From NCBI RefSeq assembly GCF_030028105.1, contig NC_092380.1, positions 70,243,717-70,307,716 on the forward strand: 64,000 bases of DNA. Reading direction: 5' to 3'. The stretch comes from Mobula birostris. Taxonomy: Eukaryota. The position numbers were made by a program, and so were the translations under genes. The notes under the pieces are model-generated. The model was not told the DNA's origin. It was given only the letters and a program-made list of their open reading frames with translations, and did no database searches. Numbering within the stretch: position 1 is the stretch's first letter; every line of letters begins with the position of its first letter. This document shows, piece by piece, positions 39,269 through 51,444 of this stretch.

Positions 39269-39567
39269 CTTTTACACTCAGAGTGGTTTCCAACTTTTCA
39301 CCATTACGAAGTGATCTGTGTCTCACAAAGCATATGTAAACATTAGAATTATCTTGGAGCGATGGCCGTAACCTCATACGACTAGAAACACTGTAGGTTC
39401 CATCATTATTTTTAATTGGGGATCCTTTTCTTCTCCATCTCTAGATTTCTTTAACTAGCTCATCTCAATTGCCTTGGGATAAAAACCGGTACTGTCACAG
39501 TTTGCTGATTTTTCAGTACCGTTCTCAATTGTGATGGCAGTTGAAGATAATGTCACAATTGGTTTGG
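39269..39567 (-). pseudogene. NCR3LG1-like: Exon 3, Ig C1-set domain with stop at the Trp codon and a frameshifting deletion
   Basis: tttttacag| and |gtaagt; 299 nt (not a multiple of 3). AKPIVTLSSTAITIENGTEKSANCDSTGFYPKAIEMS*LKK...(frameshift)...PIKNNDGTYSVSSRMRLRPSLQDNSNVYICFVRHRSLRNGEKLETTLSVK. TAG at 39455-39457. Confidence 0.9.
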
Positions 39568-40511
39568 CTGTAAAAATATAATAGATAGTCACAATTTAAT
39601 ATTACATACATTTTGCATCTATTGAGTCAAACAATTACTGCACACGTTAAAATGTTCACAGTTGAAGATAGCTTTTCCTGATCATTAAAGTGAAAAGATG
39701 TGGGTTAATCACGTCTCTACTCTCAGAACACAAACTTGTGATTTTGCCATTCCATAGTTTAATGCACAAAATACCAAACAAGTAAATGGTAATATGAAGT
39801 TGAGCATGAATATTAAACATCATCTTATCACTGGGCTGGCCATCATCTTAAAGCTGAGTACACCTGAGACACGCTCGAGCACCAGATTTCAATATCTATT
39901 GACAGGTTTGTTCCTTCCACACTCATGAATAGAGGTATTCATATAATTATGATAGAGCAAGACACGATTTATTTTATTTGCAGTAGAGAAAGAATTTTAT
40001 GTTTTAGAAGCCATCTTGCAACAGCATTTCCAAAATCTCATTTTGGAGATAATCTGCAACTATATTAAGAAGTTTATAAGTAAAATAAATGGCAAAATAC
40101 TGTTTGAAAATGTACCTTGTTGACAGAATTCTAATTGACAGCATATAAAAATCAGAGGACATCACCTTGTCCAGATGCTCTGTACATCACTATATTATAT
40201 TATAAATTTCACCACCAGTGTTATTTATTAATAACGTTCCAAAATTGCAACTATGGCAACACATTGGTTTAACACTGCTGATTTAGTTGAAGGATTATAA
40301 AGATTAGCTTTATTTGTCACTTGTACATACATTGAAACATAGAGTGAAATGCATCACTCGCATCAAATCAAATCAGCGAGGATTGTGCTGGGCAGCCTGC
40401 AAGTGTCGGCACATTTCTGTTGCCAATGTGGCATGTTTATAACTCGCTAATCCTAATCCTAGTCTTTGAAATGTGGGAGGAAACTAGAGAGAACATACAA
40501 ATTCATTACAA

Positions 40512-41154
40512 CACCTACGCTCTGTCCGCCAGAGAAAGCAGTATCTCCCAGTGGCCACACATTTTAATTCCACATCCCATTCCCATTCTGATATGTCTAT
40601 CCATGGCCTCCTCTACTGTCAAGATGAAGCCACACTCAGGTTGGATGAACAACACGTTATAGTCCATCAGGGTAGCCTCCAACCTGATGGCATGAACACT
40701 GACTTCCCTAGCTTCCATTAATGCCCCACCTCTCCTTCGTACCCGATCCCTTATTTATTTCCCCCTTTTTTCTCTTTTTTTTTCTCCCTCTGTCCCTCTC
40801 ACTATAACTCCTTGCCCATCCTCTGGTGCTCCCCTCCCCCTTTCTTTCTCCCTAGGCCTCCCGTCCCATGATCCTCTCCTTCCCCCAGCCTGGTATCCCT
40901 TTTGCCAATCAACTTTCCAGCTCTCAGCTCCATCCCTCCTCCTCCTGTCTTCTCCTATCATTTTGGATCTCCCCCTCCCCCCCACTTTCAAATCTCTTAT
41001 TAACTCTTCTTTCAGTTAGTCCTGATGAAGGGTCTCAGCCCGAAATGTCGACTGTACCTCTTCCTATAGATGCTGCCTGGCCTGCTGCGTTCAACAGCAT
41101 TTTTTGTGTTTGTTGCTTGAATTTCCAGCGTCTGCAGATTTCCTCGTCTTTGCG
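40512..41154 (+). mobile_element. Penelope-derived element in intron 2, 9-bp TSD
   Basis: tcattacaa at 40503-40511 and 41155-41163; carries the end of the GIY-YIG domain. Confidence 0.75.
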
Positions 41155-41437
41155 TCATTACAAACAGTGGTGGGATTTGAACCCTGATCTTACAGCTGGC
41201 ACACTACAAAGTGTTGCTCTAACCGCTATGCCATCATGTCGCTCCAGCTATGTGACCATGCATAAAGCCCTCAAAACTTTAAAACTGACTGTTATTTCAA
41301 ATTTATAGTGGTACCATTAAACTGCTTGCAACTACACGCATAAATATCGGTGAATACCTTCCTTGATCAAATATGCTGCAGCAGTAATTCGACAGTTTGC
41401 ATAAAAAGGGGCAGAATTCATGCTTTATTATTCTTAC

Positions 41438-41794
41438 CTGTAACAGTCATGGAAGATTTTCCTTCTCCATTCTCTGAGTTAATAGAAACAGTGCAGGTAT
41501 AATCTCCTTCTTCATTAATTTGCACAAGTGGAAGAAAAAGAGAAGCAATTTCCTTCTTCAATTCGTTGCCAAATATTTCAGCTCCTTTTCTGTATGGCGA
41601 ATGCTTGCCTCCATTGAACTGTTATACTACTTGTCTGTCAGAAGAGCCAAATTTTTGAAAGAACCACTGAACTCCAACCCTTCTAAGGTTAATTTCACTG
41701 GCCTTGTAACCAGACACACGGCATTTAAGAAAAACATCAATATTCACAAAGGCTTCCACAGTTCTTGAATTCATAGACACTATTAGGACACCTT
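41438..41794 (-). pseudogene. NCR3LG1-like: Exon 2, Ig V-set domain with in-frame TAA at 41622-41624
   Basis: ttattgcag| acceptor and |gtaaga donor; 357 nt. Translation EGVLIVSMNSRTVEAFVNIDVFLKCRVSGYKASEINLRRVGVQWFFQKFGSSDRQVV*QFNGGKHSPYRKGAEIFGNELKKEIASLFLPLVQINEEGDYTCTVSINSENGEGKSSMTVT has canonical C, W and DYTC. Confidence 0.9.
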
Positions 41795-42103
41795 CTGCAA
41801 TAATTAAGGTCAAAATTATCATTAGCAAGACAATAATTTTCTAATTTATCTTTTAACTGCAGGAAAATAATTTTAGATTGAGACTGTTTTGCTTATCAAC
41901 ATGAATTTATGCTCCATTTTTATTATGAAAGTGCTTAACAACTGACACACTTTACAATAGGCACTCTCACAGGATGACAGGAAATGGAACTGGCCTCTAC
42001 TACTGGCATCTACAGTTAACTAATTATGGTTTTAAAATCCTGTAGAATTAACTACAATTTTATTTTAAACAATGCATTCCTTCCTATAAACTGCAGAACT
42101 ATT

Positions 42104-42259
42104 CCCCTTCTCCTCTCCCTCGACCCTCCCCTCTTTCCTCCCCCTCCATCGGCCCTCTCCTCTTCCCTCCCCCTCCTCCTTCCCTCTCCCTTGACCCTCT
42201 CCCCTTCCATCCCCTCCCCTCCCCTACTCCCACCCCTTTCTCTCCCCCCCCTTCACTCC
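42104..42259. repeat. C/T-rich low-complexity tract
   Basis: Direct reading. Confidence 0.9.
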
Positions 42260-45039
42260 TCAAAAATCGACTTATAGATGTTTTTAAAAACAGAATTGAT
42301 TGGTTACCCAGGGGTGTGCTATACTGAGATGTGACATGGGATGTGAATATCAGCAGAAACAATGACAAAATACAAACGGATATGATAAATATCAAAGGGT
42401 CATGGAATCAGAGATATAATGCAGAAACCAGCCCTTACAGCCATCCCCATCTATGCCAACTATGATGCCCATACACATTAATTTTATTTACCTGCATTAG
42501 CCATATGTCCCTCTATGCCTTTCCTACCCAAGAACCTGTGCAAACAACTTTTAAACACTGGAATTGTCTCCACTATCTCCTCAGGCAGTCCATTTTAAAT
42601 AAATACCAGTCTCCATGTGGAAAATCCTCTCTCAAATCTCCCCCTCAACTTAAACTGACAGTACTTCTAGAGTCCCTGTGCCCTTTTCTACAAGGTCACC
42701 TCTTTTTCCTACATTCTAGTGAGAAAAAGCCAATTCCTTTTTACAGCCTACCATTCCATAGAACACCTGGTGAATCACTTCTGTACCTGCTCGATTGTTG
42801 CTCCATCCTTCCTGTAATGAAGTAACCAGAACTGTGTACAATACTGTACTCGAAGTGCAAACTAGCTAATGCTTTGAACAACTGCAGTTTAATGTCCCAA
42901 TTCTTATACTCAACATCTCAGCCTACAAAAGCAGGCGTACTAAATTCCCTTTTTTAATTTCACGTGTATTGTCACTTTCAGGGAGCTAATGGACTTGCAC
43001 ATCAATGTTTCTCCGGCTATCAATGTTCTTTAACTCCCTTTCATTTACTCTGTGTCCACACAGAAGTTGACCTCTTCAAATGTATGATCCTCATGCTTGT
43101 CTGAATTGAAGTCCATCTGTCACATTCCACCCACCTTGCCAGTTGATCCATGTCTCACAACGCAAGATAATAAATCTGGTTTCAACAGCAAGTCTAACTA
43201 TACTATAGGGTCAGACAAGCACTAGAAGAATGGGAACAAAGGATGAAGAGGAAAAAAATAATTTAGCCAGTTAGTGTGCTGCTATGTAACTTCAGATGAC
43301 TATTTCTATCAACATGAGATCAAATCTTTGTATATATCCCAGGTACCTGATACAACACAATATTTCAAATTTATTTGGCCGAAATGTTAAACTGCATTTC
43401 ACTCATTGTTTCACTTTTGGGTAAACAAGTTTGTAGAGCTGAATATGCCCATTTGTCAGCAATTTCACTTCACTGCCTCACATTGGCATCAGATTGCAGT
43501 GAACACATCAAATTTCACAAAAAAATTGTCCACAATTGTTCTTCCAAATCTGAAACCTGCAATTGCTTTCAAACACTTTTCCTATTACTACATGGATATT
43601 TGTTTGTATCCATGTGATCCACAGAAACGACACGTTGACATAAAATCAAAGCTTCATAACAGAGCATCAACATTTAGCGTGTGGCCTTGTGAATCAGCTT
43701 CAGGTACATCGACTTCAACACAGAAACATCTACCTCATAACAATTCCCCAACAACTCATTAATAAGACCAACTCCAGCCATCACTCTCAACCTCACTCCA
43801 CCACCCAAGATGCCAACTGCAACACCCCATAATCATCCAAACATAGCTGTTCCAATGTATTCCCAATTATCTTGAGCCACTCTTGGAATCATAGAGCAAG
43901 GAAACAGGTTTTAGGACCACTGAGTCTGTGATTAACCATTAAGCACACATTGACTCCAATCACATTTGAATCTCTCCACATTCACATTAACACCCCCTCC
44001 CCCCAGATTCTGCAATTCACCTGCACACTAGGGGAAACTTATACTAGCCATTTAACCTATCAATTTACCCATTGTTGGGATGTGGGAGAAAACCAGAGTA
44101 TTCAGGGGAAATTCAGAATATGACGGGAGAATGTGCAAACTCCACAAAGGTAGCACTGGGTATCAGGATTGAATCAGGTGTCTCTGAAGAGCATTCTATT
44201 GGCCATACCACTGGTGTCCATGTCCCTGTGGCAATTTGAATCACCCTGAACTCCAAGTGCCTGAACCTTCTTGGCCAGCCTCCCATGCAGGAACTTGTCA
44301 AAGGTCTTGCAAAAGTCCATGCAGACAATATCCACTCTTTTCCTTCATCCAACGTTCCTGGTAACCTCCTCAGAAATCTTTTTAGGATTAGTTAAACATG
44401 GCTAACAATACACAAGATCATTTTGACTATCCCTAATCAGTTCCTTCTTGACCAGGGCCTCAATATCCCTCAAAAGGCAAGGTTTCCTAAATCTGTTAGT
44501 GATGCATTTTATTCTAACAGAAACATACAATCACTGTACTCTCACAATATTTATATATCCTGCCCTTTATAATACCTTCCAATAATTTACCCACTGCTAC
44601 CCTCAGGCTCACTGGCCTATAATTTCCCAGCTTATTCTTATAGCTGTTCTCGGCAATGGTAAGCACTTAAGGAAAGCAAAGAAAGGAAACAAGGACATGT
44701 TCCCACACATAATGGTTAGATATCACAAGAACAAAAGAGTATAGAAACAAGAGCAGGCCACTCAGCCCTTCAATTTTACCCTGGCATTCAACATGCTCAT
44801 AACTGTTGTATCTCACGCCTAATTTCCTTTTAGGTGCCACTACCCCATAGCCCTCAATCACATGTTCTTTCTAAAATGTTTCCATTTCCTCTTGAAACAC
44901 CCCCAGTGACCTAGCTTCCACAACCCCCTCCTCCCCATCCATTGTCAAATTCAAATTTATTGTCATTCAACCATGCACATGTATATCGCCAAATGACAGA
45001 ACATTCCTCCAGACCAAGGTACACAACACAGTACATACT

Positions 45040-48000
45040 TTATTGTCGCCAAACAACTGATACTAGAACGTACAATTATCACAGCAATATTTGATTCTGC
45101 GCTTCCCACTCCCTGGATTACAAATCGATAGTAAATATTAAAAATTTAAATTATAAATCATAAATAGAAAATAGAAAAATGGAAAGTAAGGTAGTGCAAA
45201 AAAACCAAGAGGCAGGTCTGGATATTTGGAGGGTACGGCCCAGATCTGGGTCAGGATCTGTTCAGCAGTCTTATGACAGTTGGAAAGAAGCTGTTCCCAA
45301 ATCTGGCTGTACGAGTCTTCAAGCTCCTGAGCCTTCTCCTGGAGGGAAGGGGGATGAAAAGTGTGTTGGCTGGGTGGGTCGTGTCCTTGATTATCCTGGC
45401 AGCACTGCTCCGACAGCGTGCGGTGTAAAGTGAGTCTAAGGATGGAAGATTGGTTTGTGTGATGTGCTGCGCCATGTTCACGATCTTCTGCAGCTTCTTT
45501 CGGTCTTGGACAGGACAATTTCCATACCAGCTTGTGATGCACCCTAGAAGAATGCTTTCTATGGTGCATCTATAAAAATTAGTGAGGGTTTTAGGGGACA
45601 GGCCAAATTTCTTTAGTTTTCTCAGGAAGTAAAGGCGCTGGTGGGCCTTCATGGCAGTGAACTCTGCTTGGTTAGACCAAGTCAGGTCATTTGTGATATT
45701 GACCCCGAGGAACTTAAAGCTTTTGACCTGTTCCACTTACGCACCACTAATGTAAATTGGGTCGTGTGGTCCGCTACTCCTTCTGAAGTCAACAACCAAT
45801 TCCTTCTTGCTGATGTTGAGGGATAGGTTATTATCTTCGCACCATGCTATCAGGTTCTTAATTTCCTCTCTGTACTCAAACTCATCATTACCCGAGATAT
45901 GGCCTACAATTGTTGTGTCATCAGCAAACTTATATATTGAGTTTGATGGAAACTTGGCTACGTAATCATGGGTGTACAGTGTGTACAGTAGGGGGCTGAG
46001 TACACAGCCTTGTGTGGGGCACCAGTGCTCAGAGTGATTGTAGAGGAGAACTTGTCCCCTATTTTAGTCATAGTCATAGACATACTTTATTGATCTCCGG
46101 GGAAATTGGTTTTACAGCCTGGGTCCTATCTGTGAGGAAGTTGAAGATCCAGCTGCAGATCTGAGTGCTAAGGCCCAGGTTCTAGAGTTTAGGAATCAGT
46201 TTATTTGGTATGATGGTATTAAAGGCAGAGCTGTAGTCAATGAAAAGGAGCCTTACGTATGCGTCTTTATTCTCCAGGTGTTCTAAGGAGGAATGTAGGG
46301 CCAGAGAGATGGTATCTGCCATTGACCTATTGCTCTGGTAGGCGAATTGCAAAGCGTCGAGGTTGACCGGTAGGCTGTGGTTGATGTGTGCCATAACCAA
46401 TCTTTCGAAGCACTTCATAGCAATTGACGTCAGAGCCACAGGTCGATAGTCATTCAGGCATGCCATCTTGCTCTTCTTCGGCACTGGGATTATCGTTGCC
46501 TTCTTAAAACATGAGGGGATCTTAGACTGAAGCGAGGAGCAGTTGAAGATGTCAGCAAACACTCCAGCTAGCTCGCTTGCACAGGCCCAGAGAACCTATC
46601 CTGGGACACCATCTGGGCCCGTCGCCTTCCTTGGATTTATCTTCAGGAAGGCCCTTCGAACGTCCTCCTCGGTGACGATGAATCTCGATACTACCAGGTC
46701 CGGTTCATCCGGAGGGAGCGGGACGCTCCTCTTCTGTTCGAATCTTGCGTAGAATATGTTCAGTTCGTCAGGAAGAGAAGCACCACAGTTATTAATATTC
46801 CCAGCCTTTTCTTTGTGCCCAGTGATCTCATTTAGACCCTGCCATAGTCTACTGGCATCCCTCTGGTTAGCCTGGGCTTCCAACTTGGCTCGATATTGCC
46901 TCTTGGTGCCCTTAATGGCTTTCCGGAGTTCACGCCTGGATTCCGTGTAACGACTGGTATCCCCGGACCTAAAAGCCGCTGCTCTAGCCTTTAAAAGGGA
47001 CTTGACCTCATAATTCATCCAAGGTTTCTGGTTAGGGAATACCCGGATCGTCTTGCGAGACACACAGTCCTCCGTGCGTTTCCAAATAAAGTCTGTGACA
47101 GCTGAGGCATCCTCATCGAGGTTAGCTGCCGAGTCCTTAAATACTAACCGATTCAAAGCAGTCACAAAGGACCTCACCTGTTTCCTCCGTCCAATTCGAC
47201 ACTACTTTTGACACTGTGACCTCCCGCTTCAGTTTCTGTTTGTAAGCCGGGAGGCGGAGTACGGCCTGATGGTCCGATTTTCTGAAGTGAGGTCGTGGGA
47301 CGGAACGGTAGGCATCCTTGACTGCTGTGTAGCAGTGGTCAAGTATATCTGGGCCTTTAGTGCGGCAGGAGACATGTTGGTATAACTTTGGCAGCGCCTT
47401 TCTGAGGTTGGCCTGGTTAAAGTCCCCGGCTGTAATGAGCAAAGCCTCCGGATACCTGGTCTCAAGTTCACTGATGTTGGCATACAGTATGTTCAGAGCA
47501 CACTCCACATCCACCTGGGGGGGAATGTAAACCGCTGTCAGTATGACCGAGGTGAATTCCCGTGGCAGATAGTAGGGACGACACTTCACCGACAGGTGTT
47601 CCAGGTCCGGGCTGCAGGAGCTTGTCAGTGCCACTGTTTCCAAGCACCACGCAGTGTTGATCAGTGGGCAGACACCACCTCCCCTCGTCTTGCCCAAAGA
47701 CTCCGTGCGGTCCATCCGATGGATCAAAAATCCCTCTGGTTGGATGGCACAGTCGGCAGTGGCGGGGCAGAGCCAGGTCTTGGTAAAACAGAATTCACAG
47801 CAGTTCTGCATCTCCCTGCAGTAGGTGAGTCTCCCTTTAAGATCATCCACCTTGTTCTCTATGGCTTGCACATTAGCTAGTAGGATGGTGGGCATAGGGA
47901 CCCTGAAGCCCCTCAGTTTCAATCTGCCCAGCAGCCCAGCTCTTTTCCCACGCTTCCTCGGTAAATAGTGCATCTTTCCAGGTTTCCATCGATGCAGTGT

Positions 48001-48693
48001 GTTGTTGTCAGCTCTTTGAGGTTGGTGGATGCATCCCGTGGGGATTGATCGGCGGGTCGCTTCGTCAGGCCCTCCGGGTCGGGCCAAGTGACGGGGGAGG
48101 CTCCGCTGCCACTTCCAGCTGCCGGGGGCCCCGGCTGTCGATTGGGTCAGGCCCCGAAGCCGACACTTAATCCCAGAGGGCCGTGCTCCTGGCTGAAACA
48201 AGTCCGTAAACCAAGTCACGGTTGCGGAGGCCTCTGCTCCAGCCAAGCCTCGGGCTCGATTTCCGAGGTCGGTGGCGGAGGCCTCATTTCCGGCAGCTGT
48301 GAATGTCCACCAACGGGGCTTTATGGTGGTCACTCCAGGGAAGCATCTGGGGCACCTTTAGGTCTCCGCCGTCACTTCTGTGTAGTCGTCTGCTCCAGAG
48401 AGGTGCTGGTTGGAATGGGCCGTGTCTCCAAGCGCTCCGGCATGGTAACAGACTGCGGGTCTCCGGGAACGTGGTGGGCCTCACAGGTCGGGTCCAGGTG
48501 CGGTCCGGAGTTTAAGAAGCAATTCTGGCGCAGTGGTCTCCAGCTGGGTCAGTAGCTTCGCCAGGGTATTGCTGATCTTGCTAGATGTAGCAGATTGGAG
48601 GTTTAGAAGGGTTTCTCGGGTATAGGATAGTGGAGAAGGCGGTTTGCTCGGGAGAGCACGTGCAGAGTCGCCAGTTACCAGCGCCATCTTGAT
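45040..48693 (-). mobile_element. Near-full-length Rex-Babar LINE (APE + RT, frameshifted)
   Basis: 5' AAGATGGCG start; APE motifs (LLANVQ, YIPP, AGDFNQ, SDH); RT motifs ([26 protein letters not shown]); 3'UTR. Confidence 0.9.
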
Positions 48694-48974
48694 CACTCAT
48701 TTTATATATGTATGTGTGTATATAAAACACAAAGTAATATTACCACAAGTAAATTAACAAATAATAAGATGCATACCACTTTAAACTAGCCTACTTTTTC
48801 TCTTTCCCAGTTGTGACAAATGACCTTTGACCTAAACATTAATGCTTCCTCTTTACGCAGCTATTGAGAATAATTTTACTATTTTCTGTTTTTATTCTAT
48901 TACACCATACATTCTTAAAAGGCTTGTCTCATGCTTGCATGTAGTAAGAGACATGTTTGGCAATGCAGCCAGAC

Positions 48975-49772
48975 TCCTGAACACAAACACAAAATAATCT
49001 GCAGATGCTGGGATCAAAGCAACACTCACAACACGCTGGAGGAACTCAGCAGGTCAGGCAGCATCAGTGGAAACGATGAGTTGACGTTTCGGGCCGGAAC
49101 CCCTCATCAGGACTGAAGAGGGAAGGGGCAGAGGCCCTATAAAGAAGGTGAGGGGAGGGTGGAAAGGAGAAGGCTGGTAGATTCCAGGTGAAAAACCAGT
49201 AAGGGGAAAGATAAAGGGATGGGGGAGGGGAAGCAAGGAGGTGATAGGCAGGAAAGTTGAAGAAGGAATAGGGGAAAACACAATGGGCAGTAGAAGGAGG
49301 CGGAACCATGAGGGAGGTGATGGGCAGCTGGGGAGGGGGCAGAGTGAAGTAGGGATAGGGGAAGGGAGAGGGGAGGGAATTACTGGAAGTTGGAGAATTC
49401 TATGTTCATACCAAGGGGCTGGAGATGACCTAGATGGTATATGAGGTGTTGCTCCTCCAACCTGAGTTTAGCCTCATCATGGCAGTAGAGGAGGCCATGT
49501 ATGGACATATCTGAATGGGAATGGGAAGCAGAGTTGAAGTGGGTGGCTACCGGGAGATCTTGTCTGTTGCGGCGGACAGAGCGGAGGTGCTCTACGAAAC
49601 GGTCTCCCAATCTGTGTCGGGTTTCACCGATGTAGAGGAGGCCGCACCAGGAGCACCGAATGCAATAGATGACCCCAACAGACTCACAAGTGCGGTGTTG
49701 CCTCACCTGGAAGGACTGTTTGGGGCCCTGAATGGTGGCAAGAGAGGGGGTGTAGGGCCAGGTGTAGCACTT
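48975..49772 (-). mobile_element. Penelope-like element 3' part with GIY-YIG endonuclease
   Basis: VIYCIRCSWCGLLYIGET...EHLRSV...HFN...GMN in ORF 49380-49706. Confidence 0.88.
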
Positions 49773-50665
49773 ACACTTCTGAACACAAAACAGATAGATT
49801 TGAGGAACTCCAAAGAGAGGGATAGAGGGAGAGAAAGAGACTAATATTTGGTATCGCTATATTGTTCCAAGTCTCCAGCACAAATCTCATCTGATATACT
49901 CATTCAATTTCTAACAATAAACTAGAAAAAAAATGACATTGCCTTGGGAGGTATAGTACCAATAACCCAAATATTTTGCTTCTAGCTCACGTTACAGAAG
50001 TGATGCAGTACAGGTTCTTCTAAACACTACAGGCCATTCCTGGGTAACAAAACAAGTTCCATTTTTATGCATGTCCTTAAGTCGACTTTGTCCATAAATC
50101 AGAAAATACACAAAAGTCACTTGATGTGCTAATCATACATCCACAGTATCATAATGAATGGCATCAAAACCACATAAGAATGATAAGAAGGAATAATTAT
50201 TAAAAGATGAGAGCGAAGAAACTAGTTTTGCCATCCATAGGAATATGTATTCAGATATGTTAGGAGACTTTTGGATTTAAAATTATGGAAGTCAATCATA
50301 CAAGGGGGTGTTGTGGATAGTCTGGAGGATTGTCAGATGTTACAGCGTGACATTGATAGGATGCAGAGCTGGGCTAAGAAGTGACTTCAATCCAGAGAAG
50401 TGTGAAGTGGTTCATTTTGGAAGGCTTCATGGTCAAGGTAGTCTTTATCGGGGTAATCCAAGTGCCCCAATTTGACTGCTACTTTTGTCCCTTATTTGGG
50501 AGTGAGAAAGTTGGCAACGAATGAGCAAATAATTTGTGATTTAGTGGGAGATTCACTTTGCCCTAATCGTGCCTGTAAGTCCCAGAAGTCCATGCAGCAG
50601 CCTCGGCATAACCCTCAACCCCGAAGCCTGAATCACTGGATCAGAGCCCCCGTCCCTCGTTTTAC

Positions 50666-50741
50666 CTGAAAGTCGGAGCAGAGCCAAGAGCGTGACCACC
50701 CGGGGTACGAGGCGCGGCGAAAGTTCCCCGGCGCAGGCCAT
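50666..50741 (-). pseudogene. NCR3LG1-like: Exon 1, signal peptide MACAGELSPRLVPRVVTLLALLRLS(E)
   Basis: Strong Kozak gaggccATGG, hydrophobic stretch and donor CAG|GTAAAA. 76 nt (phase 1) joins the V exon as ...RLS-EGVLIVSM. Lies in a CpG-rich patch. Confidence 0.8.
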
Positions 50742-50806
50742 GGCCTCTTTACTTTTTTCATTTCTCTGTGTGAACGCCTATCGTGGGCACTTCCTTTCTT
50801 TTTCTC

Positions 50807-51444
50807 AAACAACAGGAATTCTGCAGATGCTGGAAATTCAAGCAACACACATCAAAGTTGCTGGTGAACGCAGCAGGCCAGGCAGCATCTGTAGGAAGAG
50901 GTGCAGTCGACGTTTCAGGCCGAGACCCTTCGTCAGGACTAACTGAAGGAAGAGTGAGTAAGGGATTTGAAAGTTGGAGGGGGAGGGGGAGATCCAAAAT
51001 GATAGGAGAAGACAGGAGGGGGAGGGATGGAGCCAAGAGCTGGACAGGTGATTGGCAAAGGGGGATACGAGAGGATCATGGGACAGGAGGTCCGGGAAGA
51101 AAGACAAGGGGGGTGGGGAACCCAGAGGATGGGCAAGAGGTATATTCAGAGGGACAGAGGGAGAAAAAGGAGAGTGAGAGAAAGAATGTGTGCATAAATA
51201 TGAGTAACAGATGGGATACGAGGGGGAGGTGGGGCTTTAGCGGAAGTTAGAGAAGTCGATGTTCATGCCATCAGGTTGGAGGCTACCCAGACGGAATATA
51301 AGGTGTTGTTCCTCCAACCTGAGTGTGGCTTCATTTTTACAGTAGAGGAGGCCGTGGATGGACATGTCAGAATGGGAATGGGATGTGGAATTAAAATGTG
51401 TGGCCACTGGGAGATCCTGCTTTCTCTGGCGGACAGAGCGTAGA
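50807..51444 (-). mobile_element. Penelope-derived insertion in the 5' leader/promoter of copy 2
   Basis: Imperfect TSD tcctttcttt(tt)ctc at 50792-50806 and 51445-51457; empty site at about 6098-6117. Confidence 0.8.

Larger units (their letters stand above)
18039..50741 (-). pseudogene. NCR3LG1-like: B7-H6/NCR3LG1-like IgSF gene, copy 2: SP-V-C1-TM-(Ig-like x4-5), inactivated
   Basis: Eight to nine exons in collinear order, with canonical AG/GT sites and phase-1 junctions wherever both ends survive. V and C1 motifs match human B7-H6 as I remember it (RxGA, ASLxLP, GxYxC; CxSxGFYP, KNxDGTxxVxS, YxCxVRHxSL). Contains several stops and frameshifts and a Gypsy insertion. Confidence 0.8.

Noticed and set aside
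18039-41794. Immunoglobulin heavy-chain (IgW/IgNAR) or TCR locus
   Set aside because: The V exon is a complete unsplit domain ending in a splice donor, with no RSS or D/J segments seen. The TM lacks antigen-receptor-type conserved polar residues, and the V/C1 motifs fit B7-H6 better.
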